A DNA stretch of 64,000 nucleotides from the human T2T-CHM13v2.0 reference genome, Homo sapiens (GCF_009914755.1 NC_060931.1), one strand, 5' to 3'; counted from the first letter of the stretch, positions 1 through 20,286 are shown. Made by a program: numbers and translations. Notes: generated by a model from the letters alone, not told the origin.

Positions 1-799
1 GCCATCGAATAAATTCCCCAAATATATTAGGCTTTAGATAAAAAGTAGTCATAATAGCAGTGACAAAACAAATCTATATAGGTTTTACCTATATTAATTC
101 CATAAAAACTTGACTCCCTCAACATTCTTATTTAAAGTTCTGAAATCCTTTGTGATTTTATTCTTTTTGATATGATTATATGAGCGATTACCTGATAATG
201 TTCCTCTGGGCTTGTTCCATGTATGATATAGGGTAACCGATTTCTGTATTACGAAGAAACCAAATCAGTCAGATTCCTACCAAGAATGTAAACTCTGCTC
301 AAAGAAGCAAAATCTATAATCTACTCAAAGAAGCAAAAAGTAAAAGGGATTGCTTACAGAGGTAATAGATGTAATGAGAAGCCAAACAAAGTAGCGACGT
401 AACAGGAAAATTTGCTATAGCAGGAAGTTGTGCTACGAACCCTAGGCTGGATTTACAAAGGGAAAAGTGGTTTTGGCACAGCCCAGCCGCGTGATTGCCC
501 AGGTGGAATCATTGTGGGTCTCTCTGTCTGGAGGCAGTGTCATTAAGAAGATGCACCTGTTGCTCATACGACCTGATGCTGGGAGAATGAGAAATACCTT
601 GGCTTCTCTCTTGCTCCTTACCTCCTATTGACTGAAAAATTAGTGAAATGAAGATTGAGTCTGTCAAATATAGACAAGCCAAAAAAGAAGAAACACTCAA
701 CAAAGGGAGATTTTCGTACAGGGAACTGGTCACACTACTAGCAAGAAAACTGAAAGGCACTAAAGTCAATGACTTTAAAAATAGGATAACATCATTCAG

Positions 800-1930
800 C
801 AGGGCAGATGCTTTCTAAGTTTTGCTCGGTTTGACAAAATTGGAGAGGAACCTAATTGACTTATTAACTGATGAAAAATGTTTGATGGCAAGTCACAATG
901 TGACTTTTGGCATGAAATCTGCAAAACAGTTAAGGAATTAAACAACCTGGCTGTAAAAGCGTCCTTTATTTTCCTATGCTACTTTTTGTGAACATGATTT
1001 CTCTCAATGACTATTTATAAACATACACACACAAAGCAAAATTTCTGCTAAAACTAGCCTCATTTTGAAATGTCCACCAACATATGTATAGAATAATTGT
1101 GAAAATATTCAGCTGCCTCATCCATCCTAGTAAGAGACGCATTTTACAGTAGTATTTTACTTAACGTTATTTTCAAATGTCATATTTATATTTTTAAAAA
1201 ACTGTAAATTAGAAATAATTTCAATTATAATTCAATCTAGAATAACAATTTTATTTCTTTGAATATTGTGGTTCCAAGACATTTTAACATAAATTTATAT
1301 TTATATTTATATAAATATAAAATAAATATATTTATATTTATATAAATATAAAATAAATATATTTATATTTATATAAATATAAAATAAATATATTTATATT
1401 TATATAAATATAAAATAAAATTTTAATTTATTAAATATAAAATAAATTTTTATATTTATATGTATATTAAAAATAAATGTAAATTTAAAGACATACTTAT
1501 TGCAGCATAGTATATTAGTTATAAAATGCTTTCAAACATAAAATATGTTACAGTAATATATTACAGTAATTTTTTGTGGATAAGTAGAAAAACTATGAGT
1601 TCTAACAGAAAAAGCAAGCATTAAAAATTTTTAACTATTAAAAAAGAGATTAATGCCATAATGTATTTTAATGAATTATGAGGGATATCAAATTGCTGTG
1701 GTATTCGTAGTCTTTAAAATAGATCTTTAAAAGTAATATAATTTCATTTAGCAATATCAATACTCATAAAAATCAGTTTGTACACTCAGTTTTGAAAATT
1801 ACATTATTTGCAGAAACTTCAACTTAAGCAAAATATAAAATGTAGATAGTAACAATAATGTGCAAAGGGGTTCATAGTTATTTAAAATTACTTTCTGGAA
1901 GAGTGATCAAAACGTTTGAAGGTCACTAAT
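800..1930 (+). mobile_element. degenerate hAT-Charlie-like DNA transposon remnant, interrupted by an AT-rich array
   Basis: tttgtgaacatgatttctc resembles the hAT CExxFS-coding motif; catccatcc..taagagacgcattt is also present. The end aaaacgtttgaaggtcact resembles a Charlie terminus. Boundaries are approximate. Confidence 0.4.
1294..1450. repeat. 31-bp AT-only tandem repeat (~4 good copies plus degenerate ones)
   Basis: Unit atatttatatttatataaatataaaataaat with period 31. Confidence 0.9.
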
Positions 1931-4039
1931 CTAATCTGCCACCTTGATGGATATGTCTCTTATTTAAATTCATTGTAACTTTATAGAGATAAATTAATGT
2001 CCAAAATTACACATTGGGTAAGTAATTCAGCCAGATGAGCTGATGTTCTCTGTTTTCCTTTTCAGAAGCATCCTACACGTACACAGTGCTATCATAAACA
2101 TAATTCTATTTATCCCCAGCTAATAAAATTTCTGATTTTTCTCTTTTAGTTAAAACTTAAAAAGCCGCTAAAGTTACTAACCCAAGATCAAATGACTGAT
2201 TTACCTATGACCTATTCATTGACGCATGCTATTAAAACTTATGTGTGGAAATAAAAAAGTTCAACTTGTACATTAAAAAAGTGCGGAAATAAAGTTCAAA
2301 TTGTAGATTAAAAAATTCAAACTTGTAGATAAAAAATTGCTATAATGTGTCGTAGGCAGCTAGACTAGTAAGTTGAGTTTAATTTGAAAAAAGAGACATG
2401 CTTATCTAATGCAATATGTGAATAGCTAATACAATATAAAAATATTTAAATCATTAATTTCTTTTGTCAACAAGCATGTTGAACACAATATATTTTAGGC
2501 ATTCATCTAAGCACTGGGGGAAATGAGTAAGATAAGGACTTAGACTATATAAATCTCATAATTCAATAATAGAGGCAGGAACAGATGAATTGTACCAAAA
2601 ATTCAATGCATTTTGAAAATAATCAATCATAGAGTTATTAGAATTAAAAAGAGATATTACTAGTGGAGCATAAAGTCCACTAGCGATGAATGAAAAAAAC
2701 ATTAAATAAATACAAAACAAAGTCTATGAAACAAATGTAAAAAAGACAGTGCCCCAGATAAGAACTCTGGGAGAGGTAGAAGTAATGTGAGCAGGTGTGC
2801 TCCATGTCGAAACTGACTTTTTTGAAGGAAATTATTGATACTTCATCTGTAATTTCTCACTGTGAGCAGTTTACTAGCTAAAAATTAGATTGAGAAGAAA
2901 AATTGAATAAATTTTTCACACTAGATTTTTTTATCAGATACCTGATTTATTCTTTAGCAAATGCTATTTAATTACTTGTCAGTATCATCCTCTCTTGTGG
3001 TAACAAAAAAAGGGCAAAAAATAAACCCCACCTACTTCAGATTCTTCAGCTTGGCTAGGTGTATTCTCACTGTGAAAATAATCTATTATAGAGAGGTTTT
3101 AAAAATGGCAACCAGACTGAATCAGAACTGCATCTTTCATCTCAGCTGTATAATAACTCTTACCTGTGATCATGTCAATTAAATCCAGTTATATAACATG
3201 AATTAAAATTTTCTGTAGCTCACAAATATCAGAAGCATACACTGGGTTTTAACTGAATATTTGATGTTATAAGTCTCCAAAAGCTTTGCAAGTTCTCCGG
3301 TGCTCCCAAGTAACCCTATGCAAAATTGAAAAGAAACTATAAGAAATGTGTTTTTACCCACCATATAATTATAGGTCAGTCTTCCTTGACATGCATATTT
3401 TCTACCACCAGGATGGCCTATTTGATCACAGTCGTATTATTCATGAAAGGAAATATTTGAGTCCTAATGCCTTCTGCTTTTAGGATACATATTAGTAGAC
3501 TTATTGACTAAAGAAAGATAAGTTATATAATATTAAGCCACTTTTTGTTTTTCCTTCTTCACTTGCTGCTTATTCTGAGTCTAGAGAAATAAAAAGACTT
3601 TTTGCTTACATATTTCTAGCAAGGAGAAATGACTGAAAATTTTTAATTACTATTATGACATTATTATATATATGTGTCAAATTCTGCATTGACTATGTGT
3701 TTTATTCCATCAGGTTTTCTTCAAACCATGTCAGAAAGAGATTATGATATATTTACTATATTTTCTTTGATTTTTTTGAATATATGCTGAATTTAATATT
3801 GGAAAGATTTTACATTTTATTAGTTTCCTTTGGCTCTACTCTATGATCTCAATTTCATCAACTCACCTTATAACACTACAAACAAGTTTTTAGCCCCTGG
3901 TTATTGATATAGCTTCAGTAGACATCTAAGGTTTCTAGCTATCATTTCTCAAACATATACATTATACATATGCACACGCACACACACACACACAATTTTT
4001 ATAGCCCTCAAATTTATGTAACAATAAAAAAACTCACAA

Positions 4040-4350
4040 TTTTAAACAATAAAAGCCAGACACAGAGGTGAACCTACTATATGATCCTATCTTTATAATG
4101 TATGAACACAAGCAAAACTGTTCTAAATCAACCTAGTGAATCTTCTTGGAAGGAGCAAAGTAGTTAGGGGATGATAGAAACTGGAAGGAAAAAAAGAAAG
4201 CTTCTAGAGTGGTGGCAAACTGTATCTGGGTTCTAAGTGAATAGTTATATTCCCTTTGTGTAAATTCTATAAACTGTACATATATGATATTTCTATATAT
4301 ACTGTGTCTACATTGATATTATAAGCATAAAAAGTTTTAGAAATATGTTA
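4040..4350 (+). mobile_element. old L1M (L1MC/ME-like) 3' end fragment
   Basis: aaaagccagacacaga...tactatatgatcctat and later 3'UTR-like blocks. Confidence 0.45.
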
Positions 4351-4831
4351 CATTTAAGCAAATGTCACTTAGTGTCATGATATGTGCTTAAACAGTCAAG
4401 TCCAAAAATAAGGGTTGGTCCAAAGACTTACTTCTTCTTCTGTGTTGCCACAACATCTTACATAACCACAGCATCAAATAGAGCTTTAATTATTTGTTTA
4501 CATTATTTTCTCTACTATTGGAAATGCAGCTATATGAAACCAGGCACTATGTCTGGCTTGTTGCTTGGCATAAATATTTTTAAAACTTTACCGAATGACA
4601 AAAACAATATTTAAATTTTTTTTTTAATTATACTTTAAGTTTTAGGGTACATGTGCACATTGTGCAGGTTAGTTACATATGTATACATGTGCCATGCTGG
4701 TGCGCTGCACCCACTAACTCGTCATCTAGCATTAGGTATATCTCCCAATGCTATCCCTCCCCCCTCCCCCCTCCCCACCACAGTCCCCAGAGCGTGATAT
4801 TCCCCTTCCTGTGTCCATGTGATCTCATTGT

Positions 4832-6826
<1,995 letters not shown>

Positions 6827-6866
6827 TCACCATCATCAAAGACCAAAAGTAGATAAAACCACAAAG

Positions 6867-7874
6867 ATGGGGAAAAAACAGAACAGAGAAACTGGAAACT
6901 CTAAAACGCAGAGCGCCTCTCCTCCTCCAAAGGAACGCAGTTCCTCACCAGCAATGGAACAAAGCTGGATGGAGAATGATTTTGATGAGCTGAGAGAGGA
7001 AGGCCTCAGACGATTGAATTACTCTGAGCTACGGGAGGACATTCAAACCAAAGGCGAAAACTTTGAAAAAAATTTAGAAGAATGTATAACTAGAATAACC
7101 AATACAGAGAAGTGCTTAAAGGAGCTAATGGAGCTGAAAACCAAGGCTCGAGAACTACGTGAAGAATGCAGAAGCCTCAGGAGCCGATGCGATCAACTGG
7201 AAGAAAGGGTATCAGCAATGGAAGATGAAATGAATGAAATGAAGCGAGAAGGGAAGTTTAGAGAAAAAAGAATAAAAAGAAATGAGCAAAGCCTCCAAGA
7301 AATATGGGACTATGTGAAAAGACCAAATCTACGTCTGATTGGTGTACCTGAAAGTGATGTGGAGAATGCAACCAAGTTGGAAAACACTCTGCAGGATATT
7401 ATCCAGGAGAACTTCCCCAATCTAGCAAGGCAGGCCGACGTTCAGATTCAGGAAATACAGAGAACGCCACAAAGATACTCCTCGAGAAGAGCAACTCCAA
7501 GACACATAATTGTCACATTCACCAAAGTTGAAATGAAGGAAAAAATGTTAAGGGCAGCCAGAGAGAAAGGTCAGGTTACCCTCAAAGGGAAGCCCATCAG
7601 ACTAACAGCGGATCTCTCGGCAGAAACCCTACAAGCCAGAAGAGAGTGGGGGCCAATATTCAACATTCTTACAGAAAAGAATTTTCAACCCAGAATTTCA
7701 TATCCAGCCAAACTAAGCTTCATAAGTGAAGGAGAAATAAAATACTTTACAGACATGCAAATGCTGAGAGATTTTGTCACCACCAGGCCTGCCCTAAAAG
7801 AGCTCCTGAAGGAAGTGCTAAACATGGAAAGGAACAACCGGTACCAGCCGCTGCAAAATCATGCCAAAATGTAA
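6867..7874 (+). CDS. L1 ORF1p (335 aa, open; 3-aa in-frame deletion)
   Basis: Runs MGKKQNR...PLQNHAKM* with REKG, ARR and YPAKLS motifs kept. The true start is the ATG at 6867; the track start at 6774 is a TTG across the inversion junction. Confidence 0.9.
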   Translation: MGKKQNRETGNSKTQSASPPPKERSSSPAMEQSWMENDFDELREEGLRRLNYSELREDIQTKGENFEKNLEECITRITNTEKCLKELMELKTKARELREECRSLRSRCDQLEERVSAMEDEMNEMKREGKFREKRIKRNEQSLQEIWDYVKRPNLRLIGVPESDVENATKLENTLQDIIQENFPNLARQADVQIQEIQRTPQRYSSRRATPRHIIVTFTKVEMKEKMLRAAREKGQVTLKGKPIRLTADLSAETLQARREWGPIFNILTEKNFQPRISYPAKLSFISEGEIKYFTDMQMLRDFVTTRPALKELLKEVLNMERNNRYQPLQNHAKM

Positions 7875-7910
7875 AGACCATCGAGACTAGGAAGAAACTG
7901 CATCAACTAA

Positions 7911-9845
<1,935 letters not shown>

Positions 9846-10934
9846 AATTAAGCGATAATAATAACTTCAAGAGAGATTTGGAGACAGGTTGTTATAATAA
9901 TTCATTACGCTGGTTGATAAAGTGATGTTAGGTGTGCGGAGAGCCTTATTTAGGGAGTTAATCTTAGAATACGTCTATTGTACTCTATGTGTGTACATAA
10001 CTACAAACGATTTCTGCTATGCTTTGAGACGGGCTTCATTGGGCTAATAAAATGTGGCACTCATATTACTCAATAACATTGCAGTTATCTTAGTAAAAGA
10101 GGCATGAGAAAGCGAATGTGTGGCTAGCTGTTCCCTTTCCTCTACTAAAGGCTATGTATAGAATATGTTTCTTTTATATCACATGAAACCTAGGTATCTG
10201 TTTAAAAAGCAAGGAAGTTGAGTCTACACAGATAAATTGAAATAATGATTTATATTTTGATTTCAGTTAAAATAATTACATATTAAGTTTTAAATGTTGA
10301 GCCATACCGAATTAATATAATGATGAAGCAGAGCAATTATCATTTCATTATCTATATTAGTGGAAGTTCCCAATACTTACCCCCACACTCCCATAAAACC
10401 ATTTTTTTCAAACAATTTATAAAGCCATATTGCTGTACTCTGACTAAAGGAGTCCTAAGCCTTGAGCCATCACTTGAGTTCTTGATAGTCCCTGAAGCCT
10501 CTCACACACTGCTGAGTAGACCTGAGGTTCCGTGAAGCATAAGCCGAAAACTACTGAGAGTAATTTAGCATCAATGTTTAGGTCTGTGAACTACAGTATG
10601 ACTAATTTGCTTTCATATTTGCTCTGTACATCTACTTATATACTGTGTGTCTCATCTCATCTTTCCAAACTGAATATTCTATATCATAACCCATCTGTCT
10701 ACTTGGTAAAATATTTTTTCTTCATTAAAAATAGAGTTGCCTCCTTAACATATTTACTTTTTTCTCTTTGACCAAAATTTCAGTCATTGCATTTTATTCC
10801 ATTATTTTGGAGATGCACAGAGGATATTTACTTCCTAAACCTCGATTCAGGAAATATCTAATAATACGATAAAGATAATTTTGAAATTTCTGTAATTTTT
10901 CCTTATTACCTTCTAATACAAGAACAAATATCAA

Positions 10935-11110
10935 CACCCTTACTAGCTGGGTAATTTTGGACACATTACTTCATCTGCCTGGGTCTCAGTTTTCTCAGCA
11001 AAGAAGTGGGACAAGAGCTGTATTTGCCTGACAGGGTTGTTGTGAAAATTACATAAACTAAGACAGGATAATTTCTCCCAACACATAAGAAATTCTCAGT
11101 GTGTTAGTTT
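10935..11110 (+). mobile_element. MIR SINE
   Basis: MIR core: cttactagctgggtaattttggac...gtctcagttttctc...cagggttgttgtgaaaatta. Confidence 0.75.
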
Positions 11111-11689
11111 TTAGCATTAGGCATTATCAAAAGATATTAGTTATTATCACTTGGATTTCTAATTTCTGGAAATAAGAAAAAGATGAAAAAGAGGTAATCG
11201 TGAGTGGTAGAAGGAGATTGTATGGGAGAACATGTGAGAAAGCAGTACCTATTTCCTCAAGACTGGCCCGGTTGAGCAGAGAAATAATGTTGACTTTGAA
11301 GTTTGAGAATCAATTACTTTAAGAGTATGCTAGAAACACCTTCTCCATGGGTAATCCCATGGACTATTATATTATGTGATTAGCTCAAGGTCTCAAAATG
11401 CCTATTAATAAAGTCGATTAAGAATTTTTTTAAATTTTTCCTTAATATCTTGTATTTTTGTACATTTTTTTCTTTATCATTCCCAACATTCCCATGAGTG
11501 ACAGAAATGTTATAATCTTTATTTACCTGGTAAAAATTTATAGACATGTCTCTGTCATATAATGGTAAACCTGAAACTCAGATTCAGTCTGTTTTCCTTG
11601 CCACAACTCTAGATCTGCTTCCCATGCCCTTTTTTCCATTCATTGTGTTTCCAAACATATGTGTGAGACATACATAGAGAAAAAAAAAA

Positions 11690-14200
<2,511 letters not shown>

Positions 14201-14231
14201 GTTTTATGATTTTAAACATATTATTAAAATG

Positions 14232-15080
14232 TTGAGTTCCAGTTTTCAAGCTGACATAGAAAGAGCTTGGAAGCCATCGCCACTGTCCTCAAAACAAGAA
14301 AAAAGCTGAGCAAACTGAAAGTCAATCTGTCTTCTTAGATCCATTGGAGAAACGAGGTCATAGGGCAAACTGCTGTCCTGAAAACTCGAAAAACAAACAG
14401 ACAGATACAAAAATTACAGTTCACTGAGAATAGAAGTCCTGGAGCAAAAACTTCCAACTGAATCCTGCATTAGTAGGAGTACTTCAAACTGAAATTGACA
14501 AATTCTGGATGTTCAATATGGGCTAGTTTGATAGTTAAAAACTGTGAGAGACCAGTCTTAGCATCTCTGCCTTATTCAATTTTCATAAGTTTTACATCTA
14601 AGAGCCCTACCAGGTTCTCACTGTGAGAAGATCAGTGAAAAATCACCTCATGCTCTGGCAGACGGAAGAGAAGAGTAATCATCTAGAAATATGCCCAAAG
14701 CTCTCTGTTTTTCTTAAAGATGGCCTGTCCTCAGTGGAAACTATTTTAACGAGGTATAACTGACTGTGGTTTTACCAAACCCTAACAATCTAGGGAAAGG
14801 AAAATACCAACTCAGGCTCACTGTCAAAGTGAGACCTAATCACGGAACAATACAATATCTCCCTTCCCTCCACAACTTACCACCATATCAATAGAGTTTC
14901 TGTAAAATAACAAGGAAGTAAATCGAGAAGGACTGAAGGCATCAGGCTTTATTTAAAGAGTCTCTAGGAAAACTTAAAGACAACAAGGAAGACGAAACAA
15001 GGAAATGAGGAGATTTCAGCTTCTGATGCCGCAGCTACAGCAAACAGTACCCACCGCCTAACTTCCTAGCCAGGCAATTA
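14232..15080 (+). mobile_element. L1MC-type (L1MCa/b-like) 5'UTR fragment
   Basis: gagcttggaagcc...aaaaagctgagcaaactgaaa...cttcttagatcca...gaggtcatagggcaaactgctg matches the recalled L1MC 5' end. Confidence 0.65.
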
Positions 15081-15519
15081 TGCAAGGTAACAACTTGCAC
15101 TGTGTCTGAAAATAAATCCGTTGTTATCACTCTCTTTTTTTTCCTTTATATGCAATGTATCTTTGCTCTTCTGGACACTTTTAATGGTTTTCTTTATAAC
15201 TATTTTAAATTATTTAATTATGATATACTTGATGTATCAAACTGTGCATGTGATTTTCTTTTTTTTCAAATTTCCTAGTTTATTTCCCTTTTCATCTAAT
15301 ATTCTTAAATTTTTCTTTCTTTGTACTTTTAAAAACCTTAATTCTATTGCATTCTCATAGAAGCTGAGACTTTTTGGTTTATTAAAATGTTAAAAAATAT
15401 TACAGATCTTGATGTTGTGATGAATTAGTTTTGTAGATTTTCTCAATAAATATAATTAAAGCAGCATTGGAGTGTAACACAAATATAAAATAAATATTAG
15501 TGAGTAAAAACTTCTATGA

Positions 15520-15840
15520 AAAAATGATCAAATTAATATATGGGAGAGAAGAGACAAATCTTCCATGTAGAATTCCAAATAATTATTTAGATACTCTGTC
15601 TTTGAGGAAGTGATGTATAACTCCCCACTGTTTAAGTATGAGCTGTTCATAGTGACTTCCTTTTAAAGTACAATACAGAAAAGAGGGGGAAATAACATTT
15701 TAGTGGAGAAAAATTGGTCAGCATTAACATGACAAATCACATTGTAGCAAGTACTCTTGCCACAATGTGATTAACCTGAAAATTTACTTATTTGTTTTTT
15801 CTCATCAAAATGCATAACTTCAGTTGTATTATAATTTTTT
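15520..15840 (+). mobile_element. L1MC 3'UTR fragment
   Basis: tagatactctgtctttgaggaagtgatgtataactccccactgtttaagtatgagctgttcatagtgacttcc. Confidence 0.65.
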
Positions 15841-18099
15841 AAATAGATAATAAAGAAAGCAGGAAGAGTGATAAAAATCAGAGGTCTAATAGACAAAAAT
15901 CAAAAGACACAAAATTTATGCTTCCACTCAAAACAATCTTTTCGAATAATTCCGTTTTACTGTACCACCTAATGACAGCATTTTTGAACTTGGAAATTTA
16001 ACAAGCCTCCCAAATACTTCACCTTTGGCAGTGATAAAGAAATATTTAAGTCACTTAAAAGTAAGCAAAATATGACAGGACACTTTCTGCAACCATAAAA
16101 AAAGAAAAGATTTCAAATAATTTAAAATAAAACATGCAACAAAGGATTAAAATATAACCAAAAACCAATGTGAGTTAATTATGGTAAGTGCCTGAATACA
16201 TTAAAAATTTCAAGATAGAATTTCATAATTCAGAACTTAAGTAGGCCAAAGAAAAACATAGATATAAAAAAAGCACAAATTTAGGGGAAAAAATTAAAAA
16301 TTCTGCCAAAAATGAAGACTAAATTACATTACGCATAGTAGGCTAAATGTTATTTAAAGTGAATTAGTGATGCTAAGAAAAGAAAGAAAACTGCTGAGAG
16401 AATAAATATGATAAAAATAGAAAGCATGAAGGATCAGAAAGTGATAGCTAATTTCTAAACAGAAAAACTTTTACATCCAAATACTAAAGGAATTGATTAT
16501 GTGCCTATGGAAATTAATTAGGAATAGTAAACTCCAAGGCATATCAAAATTATTAGACTTGAAAGATAAATAAAATATACTCCAAATACTCGCTGTCTTG
16601 TTTAATGACATTATAGTTCTTCAATCATAGACAAAATATCTGAGCCTTTTTGATGTATTTGCTTCTTTTCTCATTCTAGAATACAATATATCTTTTATAT
16701 AATTGCGCTGGAAAATATTTTAATATTCCCGATGAGGAAATAGAAATAAATAGGTTATAGATGATAGATAATTAACATATGTAGAAAATTGATATACATA
16801 TATATACACACACACATAAATATGTATAGTTACTTAAATTTATGTTATTCAAGAATGTTAGGATTTCTTTATATAAATTTGCGAATAATGTACCTAAATA
16901 TTAGAAGTGAAGTATATGAGTTTGAGAATAACATTATGCATTCATTTACTTGATGCAGAATTAAAACCTTCAAATTTATACCATACCTTGAATATTTTCT
17001 AGCACATAATGGTTATTTAATAAATATGTGTTGAAGAACAAAAATTCTTGAAAGAATTGGACAAAAAAAAATTTGGACTTCTCACATGACAAAGGTAAAA
17101 AATAGACACTGAAAGCAAACCTAAAATTTCACAGTAAATTTACAAATCTCCATAGATATAAGTTGTTATTGTTTTGGCAATTTATACCAGATCAAGTTCC
17201 AATTAAGGTAACTAGATTCAATGAAATCAAATGATACCTAAAGTAAGAATAATTATTGAATAGGGTTAAATTAGGCCACAATAAAGTGTTAAATAAATTA
17301 TGCAAAGAAGAGAAAGCTTTCTAAAAGTTTTCTAAGACTAAATATCAGAAAGCCTGTTATTACTAGTATTTTAATCATTACTGAATAATAAATTGACTTT
17401 TGATATAATTTTCAGCCTTGTTTTATCAAAATATGTATATTTTTGTTTGTTAGGCATTAACAAACATATTCAAGAAGAAGGAGGACAATAGTGACAATAT
17501 TCTTTAAATTTAAACAACATTTAAAAGTGTGCTACTTGTATGTAATGTTAAGTACCTTAGCGATAAACAATAGTAGAGATGCAGTACTAAGATATTTTTC
17601 AAAGGCTAAAATGACTTAAGGAAGTCTAGGAAAACTTACTAAACTGTACTTTATATTTATTAATAATTCCCTTAAATTTTTTGAAATTTGTCAAATTAAA
17701 TCCTATTTTATCAGTATGTTGTTCTATGTCAAAAATAAAAATAAAAACTGTTTTATCTTCCAAGTAGCATGACTTGAGTTTCTGAGACTCATTTTTTTTC
17801 ACTGTCTGTTGAATGGAAATAAAATACAACTATTAGGAGTATCAAATATGTTACAAAAGGAAAAATTACTTGGGAAAGCTTAGAATATTCTTATCCTATG
17901 TTTATTATACACCCATTTGATAATCTACTGAAAAGTAAGAAGTCTTCTTTAACATGCAAGATATACTATCCAGTTTTGTAAACAAATGTGTCTCATGAGG
18001 GGGAGAGAAACAAACAAATAAAAACCCATCCATAAGGCAGAACTTAGGAAAAGCTCAGAAATCAGAGTCACTTTCCACCTTAGAAGGCAATAGTGTGAG

Positions 18100-19490
18100 G
18101 GAAGAGGATAAAAATGAGTTTAGCTTGAAAGTCTGTGTAAGATGTAAGCCCATATATCCTCTTCCACCTTGACTGCACTATAACTTCCCTTCTGGCAGGA
18201 AATATAGTGATATAACAAGAGAAACTACAAAAGCATAAGGCACATCCAAAATAGGGGTAAAAATTCTGTAGCTAAGCATGGGAATTAAATGACAGGCTGA
18301 ATACTGAATGGTAAGACACCTTATCTCTCCTTTTCTACTCACTTCCTAGAAAACCCGCATATAAGTTTATGCTGCTTCTTGCACCCTGGGCAGAAATTTA
18401 GAGTTCTGCTCCAAAGGGACTGGCCAAATAGAAAAGAGTTAGAGAAACTCACTTAACACTTGAAGATGCCCCTCCCAAAATGTTTTGATTCCTATCGGGA
18501 AACTCACCAGTCAACAGCCACCTACGTACATATGGTTTTTCTACTTACCATTATACTCTTTTTCATTTGAATCAGAACAGACAACCACAATCTTCAAGCA
18601 TTTTAAGAAAGCATTTACTATGAAATATAGAACCTAAAGCAGAAATAAACAACAGAAACTTGAAGGAAACTAACAATGCAAAAAACAATCAAATAAATTT
18701 AAAATATTTTCAATGCAACAAGAAAAGGAAATTATTCATGAAACAAGACAGGATAGTGTTAAAAATAAATATCCAGACACCAAAAAATAAAAAGAAATTA
18801 AAAGTTCAATATGAATATGAGAAACTAAATTTGTTGAAGTTACTCTGAGGGCACAAACAAACTTAACAAATGACAAAGAGTAGAAACATAGAATCATGAA
18901 TAAAATTAAATGATCCATCTGAGAGCTTAATACCTAGTAAATAAAAATTCTAAAAAGAAGAGTGAAAAGATACATAGAATTTTAAAAGATAATGACCAAA
19001 TCACATCAACAACAAATCACATCATTTCAAAATAGACATAGAGAAGATTCTACAAATTTTTAGAATTAAAAACAGAAACAATAGTCAGTTTCAATTAAAT
19101 GGTGATCGAATGCTATTTTATTTCCCAAACAACAATGAAAGATACTAGAACAATATCTCTTACAAACTGATGGAACATTGCTTCCAATTGTAATTTCACA
19201 CATAACTCAATTATAAACCAACTATGACAGTATGATAAACACATGACACTTAGGCGTCCTCTCAAAATTTATCTTCACTACATCTTTTCCCTGACGACAC
19301 CAAAGAATACTGGGAAATGTGAATGTGTGAAAAAATAATTTAAAAAGAGGGAAATACGTGCTTCAAAATGTATAGAACCCAAAACAGAAAAAAGTGAAAG
19401 GAATTTCTAGGATGATAATAAACAGAAAGTACCAGAGTAGTACTCAGAGAACAGGTGTTGGAACAACCAGTCAAGATTAGAGCAGGAAGA
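18100..19490 (+). mobile_element. HAL1/L1M ORF1-like degenerate remnant
   Basis: A-rich decayed ORF1-like sequence, e.g. ctcaaaatttatcttcactacatcttttcc. Boundaries are approximate. Confidence 0.45.
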
Positions 19491-19501
19491 AGGGCCTCCC
19501 T

Positions 19502-19794
19502 GACTGGGCGCCGTGGCTCACGCCTGTAATCCTAGCACTTTGGGAGGCTGAGGTGGGCTGATCACCTTAGGTCAGGAGTTTGAGACCAGCCTGACCAACA
19601 TGGCAAAACCCTGTCTCTACTAAAAATACAAAATTGGCCAGGGGTGGTGGAACATGCCTGTAATCCCAGCTACTTGGGAGGTGAGGCAGAACAATCGCTT
19701 GAACCCAAGAGATGGAGGTTGCAGTGAGCCGAGATCGGACCATTGCACTCCAGCTTGGATAAAAAAGAGCAAAACTCTGTTAAGAAAAAAAAAA
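19502..19794 (+). mobile_element. Alu, AluSq/Sp-like
   Basis: Full dimer with ccattgcactcc...aagagcaaaactc. Degraded TSD aagggcctccct / aagggcacccgt. Confidence 0.92.
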
Positions 19795-20286
19795 GGGCAC
19801 CCGTAAACAGAAAAATGAAAACCATAGATTATTTGAGGTGTTTGGCTGTAGAAATAAGTTTTAAGAGTTTAGGGTAAGGTAGGGGAATAGCAGTAGGTAC
19901 ATAGAAAATGTCAAAGGCTATAATATATACAATGAAGATTCTTAAATTTCATTAAAATTGATGATACCCTGAGCTCAATTTATACAGGGCTGTAAAAATC
20001 TTACAAGCAGCAAATTGTGTATTATTTGAATGAAATATGTTGCCATGCTTTAGAAGACCAATCAGATAAGATGAAACTGGAGAAGTAAGTATAATGAGGA
20101 AAATGAAGACATTACTATGCACATTCTTATGAGGATATTTAACATTTCGTGATGACGAACTTTTGTGAAACGTGGAAAGAGATCCCAAATTTCCTTAAAG
20201 TAGTCAAATCTTTGAACAACATTTACATATATTTACAAAATATTGACACATATCTAAGACATTTATAAACTAAGTGGAGGAATAAC

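Noticed and set aside
230-640. Possible old ERVL LTR (LTR33/LTR16-like) remnant and the overlapping 86-aa ORF
   Set aside because: The resemblance is too weak to assign without a search, and the ORF has no recognisable homology.
17311-17322. Short palindromes such as agaaagctttct, and the 9-bp-arm hairpin at 26611-26631
   Set aside because: Isolated palindromes of this size are expected by chance in 64 kb of AT-rich DNA.
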